Assembly: GCF_036321535.1 (NCBI RefSeq)
Contig: NC_087447.1
Span: 38,008,001 to 38,072,000 of the forward strand
Direction: 5' to 3'
Source of the DNA: Camelus dromedarius
Lineage: Eukaryota
DNA length: 64,000 bases
Part shown: piece after piece, positions 24,986-37,222 of the stretch
Position numbering within the stretch: the stretch's first letter is position 1
How the letters are laid out: every line of letters begins with the position of its first letter
Notes under the pieces: model-generated
What the model was told of the DNA's origin: nothing
Seen by the model: only the letters and a program-made list of their open reading frames with translations
Databases searched by the model: none
Made by a program: the position numbers and the translations under genes

Positions 24986-27429
24986 AAAGAGCAAGCCTTT
25001 AGGTGCAGCCCGATTAACTTTATGGAAATTCACATAGGAATTTTCAAATTGATGTGGGTCTCTGGCACACCCTGGTAAGTCATCTTTTTAAAAGAATTTA
25101 AATCAAAAAGCACAGAAATTTAATTTCAAAGAATGAAAAATAAGCATTGCAGTTAGTCTATCAGAATGTTGTGAATTTTTTCCATACTAGATTATTTATA
25201 ACTGACACTGATTTTCAGATTTAAAATTTATAAAATAAGATCATAAAGTCAAGTGCCAAATAGTCAAGTGGCTATTTTTAAATCAGTACTTTGCTTGGCA
25301 ACATTTTTTCAATCATGCTCTGGTTCTTCTGAAGTTCAGAGAAATCTAAGCAATCTGCATAGGCAAAGGTCTAAATTTCTCAAGTTCACTTGGTAATTTG
25401 ATTTCATGGATGAGCTCAGAAGTGAATGATATTATAGTTTATACTAAGCAACCCTGGAATTTAATAAGAACCCTAGGGGTACTGCTTATTTCCCTGTCTC
25501 ATTCCTGGAATCTTCTATCAGGAAACCAACTACATATGACAAGTAAAATGTGAGGAGTCTAGATGAAATATTAGTGCTTACAATTTCAGAATCCGAGTAG
25601 AATGCCGCACTGCCTAACTAGGTCTGAATTTTTCTGCAAAATGGATTGGAGCCTTTTAATAGCAGTGAGATTGACTGGTGAATTTGCCAAAGTAAATTAA
25701 TTTCTACCCATTCAAAAAACATTGGTTAAGTGCCCCCAAAAGGCCTTTTTTTTTTTTTTTTTTTTTTTCCCAAACCCTGAACTCCAACTCAGCACCAGGG
25801 ACTTCTTACAAATTCAGAGTACTTGAGAGATTAATCAATCCCTCCCTATCTGGAGAGACTGACTTTTAAAGTAAAGCTTCAAGTTGCTGGAGGGTAAGTT
25901 AGCACCCTCTGGGTGCAGACCTGGATTCCTACTCCACTCCATCAGCCCATGGTTTGGAGCCAGAAAAGATTTGAGTGAAGAATGAATGTAGGCTTTGAAC
26001 GTTGAAGGCACACATGGCAGCCAAGGGTAGAGTTCTGAGCACACAAAGTAACGTGGTTACAAATTTGGCTTCTAAAATAGTCATTTCTTAACCATTTTGC
26101 AGTCACCATTGCACGGGTGAAAGCTGTGGTTCTCTCATCAGGAAAATGCAATCCATGGATACACATCCTTACACATGATTTCAGAATGTTCATATATTAG
26201 AAACCTCAGGTCTTGGAAGTCATTTCCACAAAAGTATTTGGCACTTGAGAATTAAAGACTCACCTACAACAGCCTGAAGTGACAAAGCCCAATCTCCATG
26301 ACGCCCAGTATCCACTATGCTGCCTTTGACTCTGCACAGAAAGCCTAGGCCAGGGCACAGGACCCTAACGGCTGAACCCTCAAAACACTGGTCTGAGTCT
26401 CAGTCCCTGATATCTGCTTCCAGCATCCAGGATGCACTGAGCCCGCAATCCACCACCCTGAGCTCTTCCTTTTCACCTCTCATCTTTCCTGGCTTTGTGC
26501 CTAAGTAAGTGTACCTGCGCGCTACCAACCAGTTTTTCGCTTCCAGGGTAGTACCCACCACTGTCAGTCTACCATGAGGAGAGCAAGTTTGAGACAGCCA
26601 GTTCCCCAGTCCTCAGATTTTATTCTCTGTGGCAGTGCCACTCCTGTGGTTAAAAGCAGAAAATTTGAGTAAGGGTACCTTGGAAAAGAGGTGTCCTGAG
26701 CCGAGGCTACCAACCTGGAAGGGTAAGAGATGTGGCATGAGGCAGGCATGTCAAAGCAATTACTGAGGCTTCTAGACACTAAAGACTGGGACAAGACCTG
26801 TGGCTCAGGTCACTCATGGCGCACCCGGGGCTAATTTCGGCTCTGCCTGGAGCACCACCTAACTGCAGTCCTTGCTGCCCTCCACCTGCATCCGACGCCG
26901 CTGCTGTGCTCTCTGTGCTGGAACATCCTTATAGGCTGCTATGGATCACGTGCTGCATTCTCAGACCAGGTGATCTAGGGGATAATGAGAGACATCTTTT
27001 TCTACACTCTGTCCACTGAGGAAAGCAAGTGAGGACCTCAGAACTTCCCAGTGGACTTAGAGCAGTAACTCAGACAAAAAGGTCCCAAAGCCTGTTGGGC
27101 ATGATGGAGGATGGTCGAGGTGCTGCATAATTGGGTGCTATGGGACATGCTTATTTTTGAAAGTGGGTACAGGTTCCAAAGATGCAGGTCATAATCATCC
27201 AGGTGTATGCATGCCTAAGGTGTGATTGAGAGTGATGCCATATAGATGCCCCTGTGCATCAGTCATTTTGTGCTTGCCAGTGGTTTAGGAGTGGGCATGT
27301 GTTTCAAGATTGTATGTGTGAAAGAGTATGGCTGGAATTGTGTGAGGATCAGACTCCGCAGTAACTCTTCAACACCATCAAGCCTGTAACCAGCACAAGA
27401 TTTCCCTCTTTGCACATTCCATTATGTGA

Positions 27430-30400
27430 AGAAAAAATTACAAATTTGTGGAAGTGAAATCACACTTTGAAACAAGCAATGAATCAAAAAGGATATTGTG
27501 AAAGAAATGAGAAAATACTTAGAGATGAATGAAAATGAAAATATAACATACCAAAACTTATGGAATAGTGTGAAAGCAATGCTAAGAGGGAAATTTGTAG
27601 TCCTAAATGCTTACATTAAAAGTCAAGAAAGATCTCAAATCAACAACCTAACTTTACAACTTAAGAAGCTAGAAAAAGAAGAACAAACTAAATCCAAAGC
27701 TGTCAGAAGGAAGGAAATAACAAAGATTAGAGCAGAGTAAATGAAATAGAGATTAGAAAACAGTAGAGAAAATCAATGAATCCACAACTGTTTCTTCAAA
27801 AACATTAACAGAGTTTACAATGTTTTAGCTAGATAGACTAAGAAAAAGAGAAGACTGATACTACTAAGTCAGAAATGACAACGAAGACATTACTACCAAT
27901 TCTATAAAAATAAAAAGAATAATAAAAGTACTATGAAAAATTGTATACCAACAAATTGGATAACCTAGATGAAATGGACAAACTCCTAGAAACACAAAAC
28001 CTACCAAGACTAAATAATGAAGAAATAGACAATCCAAATACACCTATAACTAGTAAGGAGATTGAACCAGTAATCAAAAAACTTCCAACAAAGAAAACCT
28101 CTTAATCTTAATCCTAATCACTGGTGAATACTACCAAATGTTTAAGAAAATTAATACCAATTCTTCTCAAATTTTTCCAAAAATTTGAAGAGAAAGGACC
28201 ACGTCCTATTACACAAGGACATTACCCTAATACCAAAGCCAAAGAAAGGTACTGCAAGGGAAAAAAACTTATCAAACCAATATCCCTTATAAACATGGAT
28301 ATAAAAACCCTCAACAAAATACCAGGAAGTAGAATTCAGCAGCATATTAAATGGATTCTACAACATGACCAAAAGAGATTAATTCCTAGAATGCAAGGAT
28401 GATTCAAAATATGAAAACTGATCATTGACACAACATAGTGAACTGACTATACCACAATTTTAAAAATTGATCAATTGGTTATACCACAATAACACAAAGA
28501 AGGGGAAAAAAAACACATGACTATCACCTTTCATATAGAAAATGTATATGGCAAAATTCAACACAATTTCATGATATAAAAAAACTCTCAACAAACTAGG
28601 AATAGGAGGAAAGTAATTCAACATAATAAAACCTATATATGAAAGCCAACAGCAGCATCAAAGTTAATGATGAAAAACTGAAAGCTTTTCCTCTAAGATC
28701 TGAAATAAGATGAGAATACCCACCTGAAACCATAAAATTCCTAGAAGGAAGCATACACAGTAAACTCTTTGACATCAGTCTTAGTAATATCTTTCTAGAT
28801 GTGTCTCCTCAGACAAGGGAAATAAAAGCAAAAATAAACAAATGGGTCCACATCAAATTAAAAAGTTTCTTGAGAGCAAAGAAACCTCAACAAAATGAAA
28901 AGGCAACCTACTGAACAGAAGAAAATCATTGCAAATCATATATCTGATAAGGGGTTAATACCCAAAATATATAAAGACTTATACAATTCAGTAGCAAAAA
29001 AATGTGCTTGATTTAACAGACAGAGAATTCTGACTAGACATTTTTCCAAAGAAGACATACAGATGGCCAACAAGTATATGAAAAGGTACTCAATATCCCT
29101 AATCAGGGAAATGCAAATCAAAACCACCTTATCGCCGTTATCACCTCACACCATTTAGAATGCCTATTACAAGAAGACAAGAGTTAACAAGTGTTGAAAA
29201 GATATGGAGAAAAGGGAACCCATGAGCACTGTAATGAATATATTACATTGGGGATTTAAATTGGTACAGTCACTATGGAAAACAAGATTGATGTTCCCCC
29301 CAAAATTGAAACTAGAACTACCATATGATTCAGCAATTTCACTTCTGGGTATTTACCCAAAGAAAACAAAAATACTAACTTGACAAGATATATTCACCTC
29401 TTTGTTCAATGAAGAATTATTTATAATAGCCAAGGAACTACTCTGTGGAAAAAAACATGGAAGGAACCTAATTGTCTACTGATAGATGAATGGATAAAGA
29501 AAATGTGATACACACACACAAACACACACAGAGAGTGAAATATTATACAGCCATGAAAAACGAACTCTTGCCATTTGTGACAACATGGATAAATTTTGAG
29601 GGCATTATGTTAAGGGAAATGTGAAGCAAAATAAGTCATATAGCTCACAGATACAGAGGACAAATTGGTGGTTGCTAGAAGTGGGGGGAGGAAGGTTGGC
29701 AAATTTGGTAAAGGGGGTCAAAGGTAAAATTTTTCATTGATTAAACAAAGAAGTCATGGAGATTAGTATATAGCATGGTGACTATGTTAACAATACTGTA
29801 TTATATTTTTGAAAGTAGCTAAGAGAGTAGGTCTTTAAAGCTCTCATTCCAAGGAAAAAAATGTTTTTAACATTTTATTTTTTAAATTTATTTTTTGCTT
29901 TTTTTTGTTTTTGTTTTGGGGGGAGGTAATTAGGTTTATTTATTTACTTATTTATTTTCATGGAGGTACTGAGGCTTGAACCCAGGACCTCATGTAGGCT
30001 AAGCATGCACTTTACCACTGAGGTATACCATCCCCACAAGGAAAAAAATTTTAACAATGTATTATGGTGAATGTTAACTAGACTTTTTGTAGTGATAGTT
30101 TTGCAATATATACAAATATCAAAATCATCATCTAGTTCACTGGAAAATAATCTAATGTTATATGCCAAGCTTACCTCAAAAAAATCTTTAAAATATAACT
30201 TTAAAAACCCTCTACAAAGCTACAGTGATCAGAACAGTGTATTACTGCCATAAGGACAGTCATATAGAGCAATGATTTAGAATAGTAGAGCCCAGAAATA
30301 AACCTTTGAATGAATATGGTCAGATGATTTTGGACAAGGAGTTGAAGACCCTTCAGTGAGGAAAGGACAGTCATTCCAAAAAAATGGTGCTGGGAAACTG

Positions 30401-31530
30401 AATGTCCACATGCAAGAGAATAAAGCTAGGCCTATAATTAACACTGTGTACAAAAATTAACTTGAAATGGTTCAAGACTAAATCTAAGACCTAAGCAATA
30501 TATCACTTAAAAGAAAATATAATACAAAAGCTTTGAGAGTTTGGATTTGGCCATTATTTCTTGGATATGACACAAAAGGCACTGGCAATAAAAGAAAAAA
30601 TGGACAACTCTGACTCCATGAAAATTTAGAAAAATTGTCATCAGTAGAAGCTATCAACAGAGTGAAATGGAAATCAATTGATTGGGAGAAAATACTTGTA
30701 AATCACATATCTGATGAGGGAAATAATATCTAGAATATATGGTGAATTTCTAAAAGTCAACAACAAAAACCGAACATCAATAATGGCCAAAGGACTCGAA
30801 TAGACATTTCTCCAAAGAAGATAAAGAAACGGCAAAAAAGCACATGAAAAGGTGTACAACATCACTAATCATTAGGGAAATGCAAATCAAAAGTACAATG
30901 AGATACTACCTAACACCTATTAGGATGGCTGCTATAAATAACCCCAGAAAATAACAAATATTGGCAAGAACGTGGAGACACTTTTGGTGCACAGTGTAAA
31001 TGTAAACGAATGTATAGCTGCTGTACATGCATAGCCTGAGTCTAAAAAGGAACAGCCACTGTGGAAAACAGTAGGACAGTACCTTAAAAATAAAATTAGC
31101 ATATGGTCCAGCATTTCTACTTCTGGGTATATCCCCAACAGGATTGAAAACAAAGTCGCAAAGAGATATTGGTATGCTCATGTATATAGCAGTATTATTC
31201 AAAATAGCTAAAACATGGAAGCTACCCAAGTGTCCATCAATTGATGAATGGGCAAGCAAAATGTATCGACATACAGTGGAATATTATTCAGCCTTAAAAA
31301 GGAAGGAAATTCTGGCATATGCTCCAACAGGGATGAACCTTATGAGGACCTTATGTTAAGTGAAAGAAGCCAGTAAAGCAAGGCAAATACTCTATGATTC
31401 TGCTTATACCAGACACTTAAAGTATTCAAAGTCATAGAGACAGAAAAAGTAGAATGGTGGTTTCCAGGAATGGGGAGTTAGAGTTTAATGGGTACAGAGT
31501 TACAGTTACACAAGATGAAAAGAGTTGTAC
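27430..31530 (+). mobile_element. Nested L1 complex: older L1 ORF2 (27430-28720, 30200-31530) split by a second L1 3' end (28722-30185)
   Basis: ORF 27498 [22 protein letters not shown]... and 28124 ...PISLINMDIKTLNK are L1 ORF2; the ORF2 C-terminus/3' UTR appears twice. Confidence 0.9.
29875..30036 (-). mobile_element. Vic-1-like SINE inside L1 3' UTR
   Basis: SINE body ggaggtactgaggcttgaacccaggacc; TSD-like caaggaaaaaaat..ttaaca at 29850 and 30037. Confidence 0.88.
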
Positions 31531-33924
31531 AAGACATAAAGCACTCCTAAATGCTTACTCAGGATCTATCTGCTCTGTGCTTGTGCATAATTCTGACAAA
31601 CTTTGCTTCTGTTGTCTTGAGTACAGATTACCTGAGCAGATGACCACAAAGACCCTTTTTATATTGGCTGGCCAGTATTTACAGGGTCCCACTTAATACC
31701 TATAGACTCCTTGTTCTCACACCAGTATACTAAGCTTGGTTTCTGTTGTTTGTTTTACTGCATACCAAATGAAAAGCAAGTGGGTAGATTGTTGCTAAAT
31801 TCAGTCACAATGACACCAGCAAGAAGAGATAGTTGACAAGGTGATGGGAAGAAATGAAAAAGAATGCCCATAAAATTAATAGATATTAGTCATCAAAAAG
31901 AACTGACAGCATGATATTGTCTAGTTTGGGGCAATTTGGCTCATACATCTTATAACCCTGAGAACAGCACTGTTTTCATACCAATGCATTAAGTAATCAC
32001 CTTATGATAGCGTGAATGGCCCCTCAGTGAAGGATTTAAATTATATTCAGTTTAGTCTTCCTAAGAAAGCATACAATGCGTTTTACTAGTTTTCCATACA
32101 AGTAGATATGATTTGGCACTTGACGGGGTAGGGGTAAACTTTTGTTATAATGATGATACTAGCCAAGAGCATATAAGTAGGAGTACCTGCTCTGTGTCAG
32201 GCAATGTGCCAGGTATTTAATATAAGTTGTCACCAGTCCTGCTGGGCAGTGAGCCTGAAACATAGCCAGGCATGTATCTGAAAGGTTTGGGGAAAGCAGA
32301 TTCCTTCTGTTGTGGCTTTGGCAATTGGTTTTATTGTGAAAATTAAATACTTACCGACTCACGTCCTCTTAAGAAGCCAGAAGAGTGTGCATTGATTCCA
32401 CTTAATTTGTCATGTTGAGCGGCTGTAGTTGGGTAAGCTTTTGTCATGAAATAATAGGCACCACCCTTCAGTATCTGCTTCATGCCAAGCAATATGTCTG
32501 GTGTTTAACATAAAATATCTTTACTCCCCATTTTACATGGTGAGGAAATGTGGCTCAGAGAGATTATTATCTGCTCAAGGACAAATCCAGTTGTATAAGA
32601 ACCCAAAGGCATAATCTTTCCAATCCCAGGTGACTCCAGTTATAGAGGAAATCCTCACAAATGCGCATTACGGCTCCCTGACAGTGTCCATGAAGGACCT
32701 GTCTCTGTAAGGAATTTTCTAGCGAGAGGGTTCCTATTTCTATCCCTCCTCTCCATGCAACACTGTTCTTCCTGAGGGGAAGGAGAGACATTCTGGATGC
32801 CTCTGAAGAAAGGGAGAACTTCAACCAACTAAGAGGAGCCCATCCAGAGTAATTCCTTGATGCTACCTGCTGCGTCCAACTACCTCCCAGAGTGACCAAC
32901 CTGGCCCTGGTTTACCACAGTCAGCATTTTCCCTGGCAGTGGAAGCCACCCTAGGAATGGCCTCTCAACCTTGAAAGGAACCGCTCCTGGTGCCTACCAC
33001 AAAAAAGGTCCCTGTGAGGTTGGGAAGATCGCCACAAGTTGACTCAGCTCTGCAGGGATGTCACCTAGGTCCTCTCATTTTCTAAGAATGAGAAGCCAGG
33101 GAAACCCTCACACACAATAATGCATTCCTTCCTTCTGCCGTGAATGCCCTTCTCATTCCTTGTCTAACCCCAAATCTACGGAAGTTCTGCCCCTGGTTCT
33201 AGGCTCTTAATGGCAGTCAGAAGAACAGAGCTGACTGTAGTTGGGTATTTCCTTTCCCCCCGGTCAGCTGGCCAAGATAATCCTTCAGGCTAGGCTCTGG
33301 TTAGCTGGTGTCTCCTGAGGACAGATCTCCTTATGAAGAGCAAAGTGTTTGATGTATTTCACAGTGGTTCCTTCCCCCTCCCCTCTGGATGCAAACGGGG
33401 ACTTTTCCCTGTGATTTATTATGAGAACCAAGTGTAGCCCCTGGAGGCTAATCCCACTAGGGGACTTTTCTTCTCTATGTACCGAGAACCTAGTTGAGCA
33501 CCTGGACTTAAAACTCACACAACCGTAGGAGGCGGGTGCCCCTGGAGTTTTTAACTCTCGGAGTTGCCCACACTGTGTCTCCAGCAGTTCCTCAGTTACA
33601 GGTCAGGTTTTGCTACCATAGCACTGGCTCCAGGCACTTGTTCCCACTGAGGTTTCCCCCTGATGGTCTCTGCTCCAGGAAGACATCCTCACTGTCCTTC
33701 TCCCCAGTCCTGAGGGCAAGGCTTTGGCTTGTGTTCATCTCTCTCAAGGATCCTGCAAGGGTTGTTTTTTCCACTCTCTTCATCTTTTTGGCTTGTTTTG
33801 GGAGAAAGTGGTGACTTTTAAGTTCCTCACATGGGGAACCCAGTTGCATCAATTTCCATTTGAAGTCCTCCAGTCAGTTGGGCAGCTCTGAACGTCCCCC
33901 AGGCTGAGGAGAATGGATCTGTGT

Positions 33925-33926
<2 letters not shown>

Positions 33927-33965
<39 letters not shown>
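33927..33965 (+). repeat. (CTG)13 microsatellite
   Basis: 13 perfect CTG units counted. Confidence 0.97.
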
Positions 33966-33966
<1 letters not shown>

Positions 33967-34094
33967 GGTTGTTACCATTGTGGTGTTGTTACTGTTGATG
34001 AGCCTATTTCACATGCATATTTTATAGAATTAGGAAAGTAGGCCTTTAGGTGTAACCTTTCTATTTGAGTGGAAACTCACAAAAGAATTTCATT

Positions 34095-34245
34095 CATCTA
34101 TATGAGATGATGGATGTTCAGTAAACTTATTGAGATAATCATGTCATGTATGTATGTCAAATCATCATGCTGTACACCTTACACTTACGCATTGCTGTGT
34201 GTTAATTACATCTCAATAAAACTGGAAAAAAATTGAAAAAATAAA
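34095..34245 (+). mobile_element. Short L1 3' end
   Basis: aatcatcatgctgtacaccttacacttac...tacatctcaataaaactggaaaaaa; absent from copy A. Confidence 0.8.
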
Positions 34246-36659
34246 AAGTATTTTCAACCAGATAGAGGTATCTGGCATACCCTGATAAATTATCTTTCTA
34301 AAAAATTTACGTAAGAAGTACAGAAATCTGATTTAAATGAATGGAAATAAACATTGCAGTTGGAGATTATTGGAACGTTGCAATCCTCCCCCCAAAATGA
34401 GATTGTTTCCACCTGATGCTGATTTCCAGGTTTAAAAGTTATGAAATAAGATTGTACAATCAAGTGCCAACTAGTCAGGTATCCATTGTAAAATCAGGGT
34501 TTTCCTTGGTGACTTTCTCTAGATCACGCTCTGTTTAGTGCTTCAGTTGGAAGAAGCTTCAGGGAAGGCTGTGTGCAGTGTGCTAAGGTCTTCTCAACTT
34601 TTTGAGTTTACTCGGTAAATCAGGGATGGGCTCAGAGGAGAAAGGTTTTGTATTTCACACTAGGACATCTTAGCCTTGAGAAAGAACCCTAGGGGTTACC
34701 CTCATATCCCTGTCCCATTCCCACAGACTTCTATCCAGAAACCAACTCTGCGTGACAAATAAAACGGAGGAGTCGGTCTGAAATGTTTGTGCTCACAATT
34801 TTGGAATCCAAGCAGAATGCTGCTCTAAGTAATAGGAGGGGATTCTCTGCAGGCTGGGATTAGAGCCCTGTAATATTGGTGAGACTGGCTGGTAAATTTG
34901 CCAGAGGAAATTAATTTGCATTCTTTTAAGAAACATTGGGTGAGTGCCACCTGATGTGCAAGACACGGTGCTAAGTGCCAAAGAAAAGGAGATTTGTTTG
35001 TTTTTGAACCTTGTCCCCAGCTCAGCACCAGGGACTTCAAGTAATTCAGAGTACTTGAGGGAGGAGTTAATCTCAGTTCCTCCCTATCTGGAGAGATTGA
35101 CTTTTACAGTAAAGCTTAAAACTGCTGGAGGCTATGTTAGCACCCTCTGGGTGCAAACCCTGATTCCTGCTCCGTATCACCAGCCCTTTATTTGTCGCAG
35201 CCAAAGATTTGAGTGAGGAATGATTGTAGACTTTGCAGATTAAAGGCACACGTGGCAGGCAGGGGTAGGGCTCTGAGCCCACAAAGTCACATGGATACAA
35301 ATTCGTTTTCTAAAGTAGTCGTTTCTTAACCATTTTGCAGTCACCGTTGCATAGGTGAAAGTTGTGGATCTCTCTTCGGGAAGATGCAGTCCACAGACAC
35401 ACATACTTATAAATTCATATGTCAGAAACCTTAAGTCTTGGTAGTCATTTCCGCAAAAGAGCTTAGCACTTGAGAGTTAAAGACTCACCTACAACAGCCC
35501 TAAGTGGCAGAGCCCAATTTACATGCAAAAGTATCCCTTGTGCCACGTTTGCCAATGTAGTCTTGCTGCTTTTCTCTGAAAGCCCACTCCAGGGCTCAGG
35601 ACCCTAACTGCTAAGTCCCCAAACCCCCACCTGTGGCTCAGCCACCGACTTCTGTTTCTAGTCTCCTGGATACACTGAGTCTGCCATTCGCCTTTCTGAC
35701 CCCTTTCCTTGCACCTCTCGTCTTTCCGGTCTCTGTGCCTAATCGCACCTCGCGCTACCTACCAGATCTTTCATTCCTGGGTTCCTAGCCCCAGCGTCAG
35801 TCTGCCCTGAGGAGAGGGAGTTTCAGATACATAGTTCACCTGTCCAAGGTTTTATTCCCTTGTGGCAGAGTCACCCCTGGGGTTAAGAAGGAGAAAAGTT
35901 TAAAAAGGGTACCTTGGACTTCCGGTGCCCTGAGCCCGTAGCCCACCAACCTGCAAGGGGAAGAGATGTGGCACCAGACAGGAACGTCCAAGGAAACATA
36001 GCTTCTGAACCCTCAGAACTGGGGTGCAGACCTCTGGTTAGGATCACTCATGGAAGACTGCGGGCTAGTTTCGGCTCTGCCTGTGATGACCTAGCTGGAG
36101 TCCTTGCTGCTCTCCCCAAGTCCTGAGTGCCGCTATGCTTGCCGCGCTGGATGGTGTACAGGCTGCTGCGTGTCAAGCGCTGCGCACTCGGATACAGTGA
36201 TCCTGGGGACAGTGGGGAGCATGTTTTTCTGCACTGTTCCCACTGAGGACAGCAATTCAGGACCTCGGACCTTCAGGTGGTCTTAGAGCAGTAGCTCTGA
36301 CAGCGAAATATAAAAATCTGTTGCACAGGGTGTAGGAGGGTGGAGGCTGGGTAATTGGTTCATATGGAGCATGCTTATTCTCCAGAGTGAGTTCGGGTTT
36401 CATGCACGCGGATCCTCATTGTTCCAGCGTGTGCGCACTTGAGGCGAGATTGAGGGTGACCACCACATGGATGCTCTTGTGGTCGTGTCATTTTGTGAGT
36501 GTCTGTGGTTTGGGAGTGGGCACATGTTTGGAGACAACTCTGAGTTTGTGTGTGTGTAAGAGTATGGCTGGAATTGAATGTGAGGATTACACTCTGCAAG
36601 ACTCTTCAGTATTGTCAAGCTTGGCGGGCTTTCTAGCAAAGGACTGAATTGCAGTAGAT

Positions 36660-37222
36660 GTGGGTGAGGGGCTGATGTCACGCGACACTGGAACATCTTG
36701 GTAAACAGCAGCCGGAAGCAAGGGGCAGCTGGGCAAATGGTTCGGGAAGGTGGATGAGCTTTAGGTGATGAATGGTGGGGGAGAAGGGGCGGGGCTAGAG
36801 GTCCATTTGGAGGCTTGGAAAGCATCTGTGGCTTGCATCTCCCTGCTCAAGCCCAGCGGGGCATCCCGCCCCTCCTTCCCCACACATGGACCACCCAGCG
36901 TGACTCTAGGAATCCACATAAGGTGGGGAGTGGGAAAGTAGGATGCGATCCCACAGAATCCCCTATGATCTTCCCCAGGAAGCTCTTCCAGATCCCTACC
37001 TAGCTGGAAAACAGGTACGTGGTTACCAATGAGAACATTTGTTTAAGATAGGAATATGACCTTCATTTCAAAGATGATTACATTGGGGTGCTAGACATTT
37101 CTAGCCCATGATCTTACCGTCTGGAAAAGGCACAGCTGGAATAGAGTTCAAATTTGACAAGTTCTTGAACCTCTGTCTCTTGATTTCCACAAGTCCTGTC
37201 CTCCAATGGGTAATTCCAGCTC
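36660..37222 (+). promoter_or_regulatory. Calcitonin/CGRP-family 5'-flank homolog with HO-type enhancer (orphan)
   Basis: GTAAACA (FOX) 36701, CCGGAAG (ETS) 36712, GGCAGCTGGGCAAAT 36724-36738 resembling the CT/CGRP enhancer GGCAGCTGTGCAAAT; following ~500 nt resembles the human CALCA upstream region as I recall it; CALC genes are known neighbours of CYP2R1. Confidence 0.7.

Larger units (their letters stand above)
18195..27385 (+). repeat. Segmental duplication copy A (interrupted by SINE, LTR and L1 insertions)
   Basis: Collinear similarity to 31542-36622, e.g. 18641 ttactgcacatcaaatgaaa vs 31755 ttactgcataccaaatgaaa; 25843-25875 vs 35082-35117 ccctatctggagaga.tgactttta; 27323 agagtatggctggaattg vs 36559. 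Confidence 0.92.
31542..36622 (+). repeat. Segmental duplication copy B
   Basis: Collinear paralog of 18195-27385; lacks ~20160-22420 of copy A and the L1s at 23160-24985. Confidence 0.92.

Noticed and set aside
15904..31359. ORFs resembling reverse transcriptase/endonuclease protein (16040, 27498, 28124, 31144)
   Set aside because: Frameshifted, truncated L1 ORF2 remnants; no intact element
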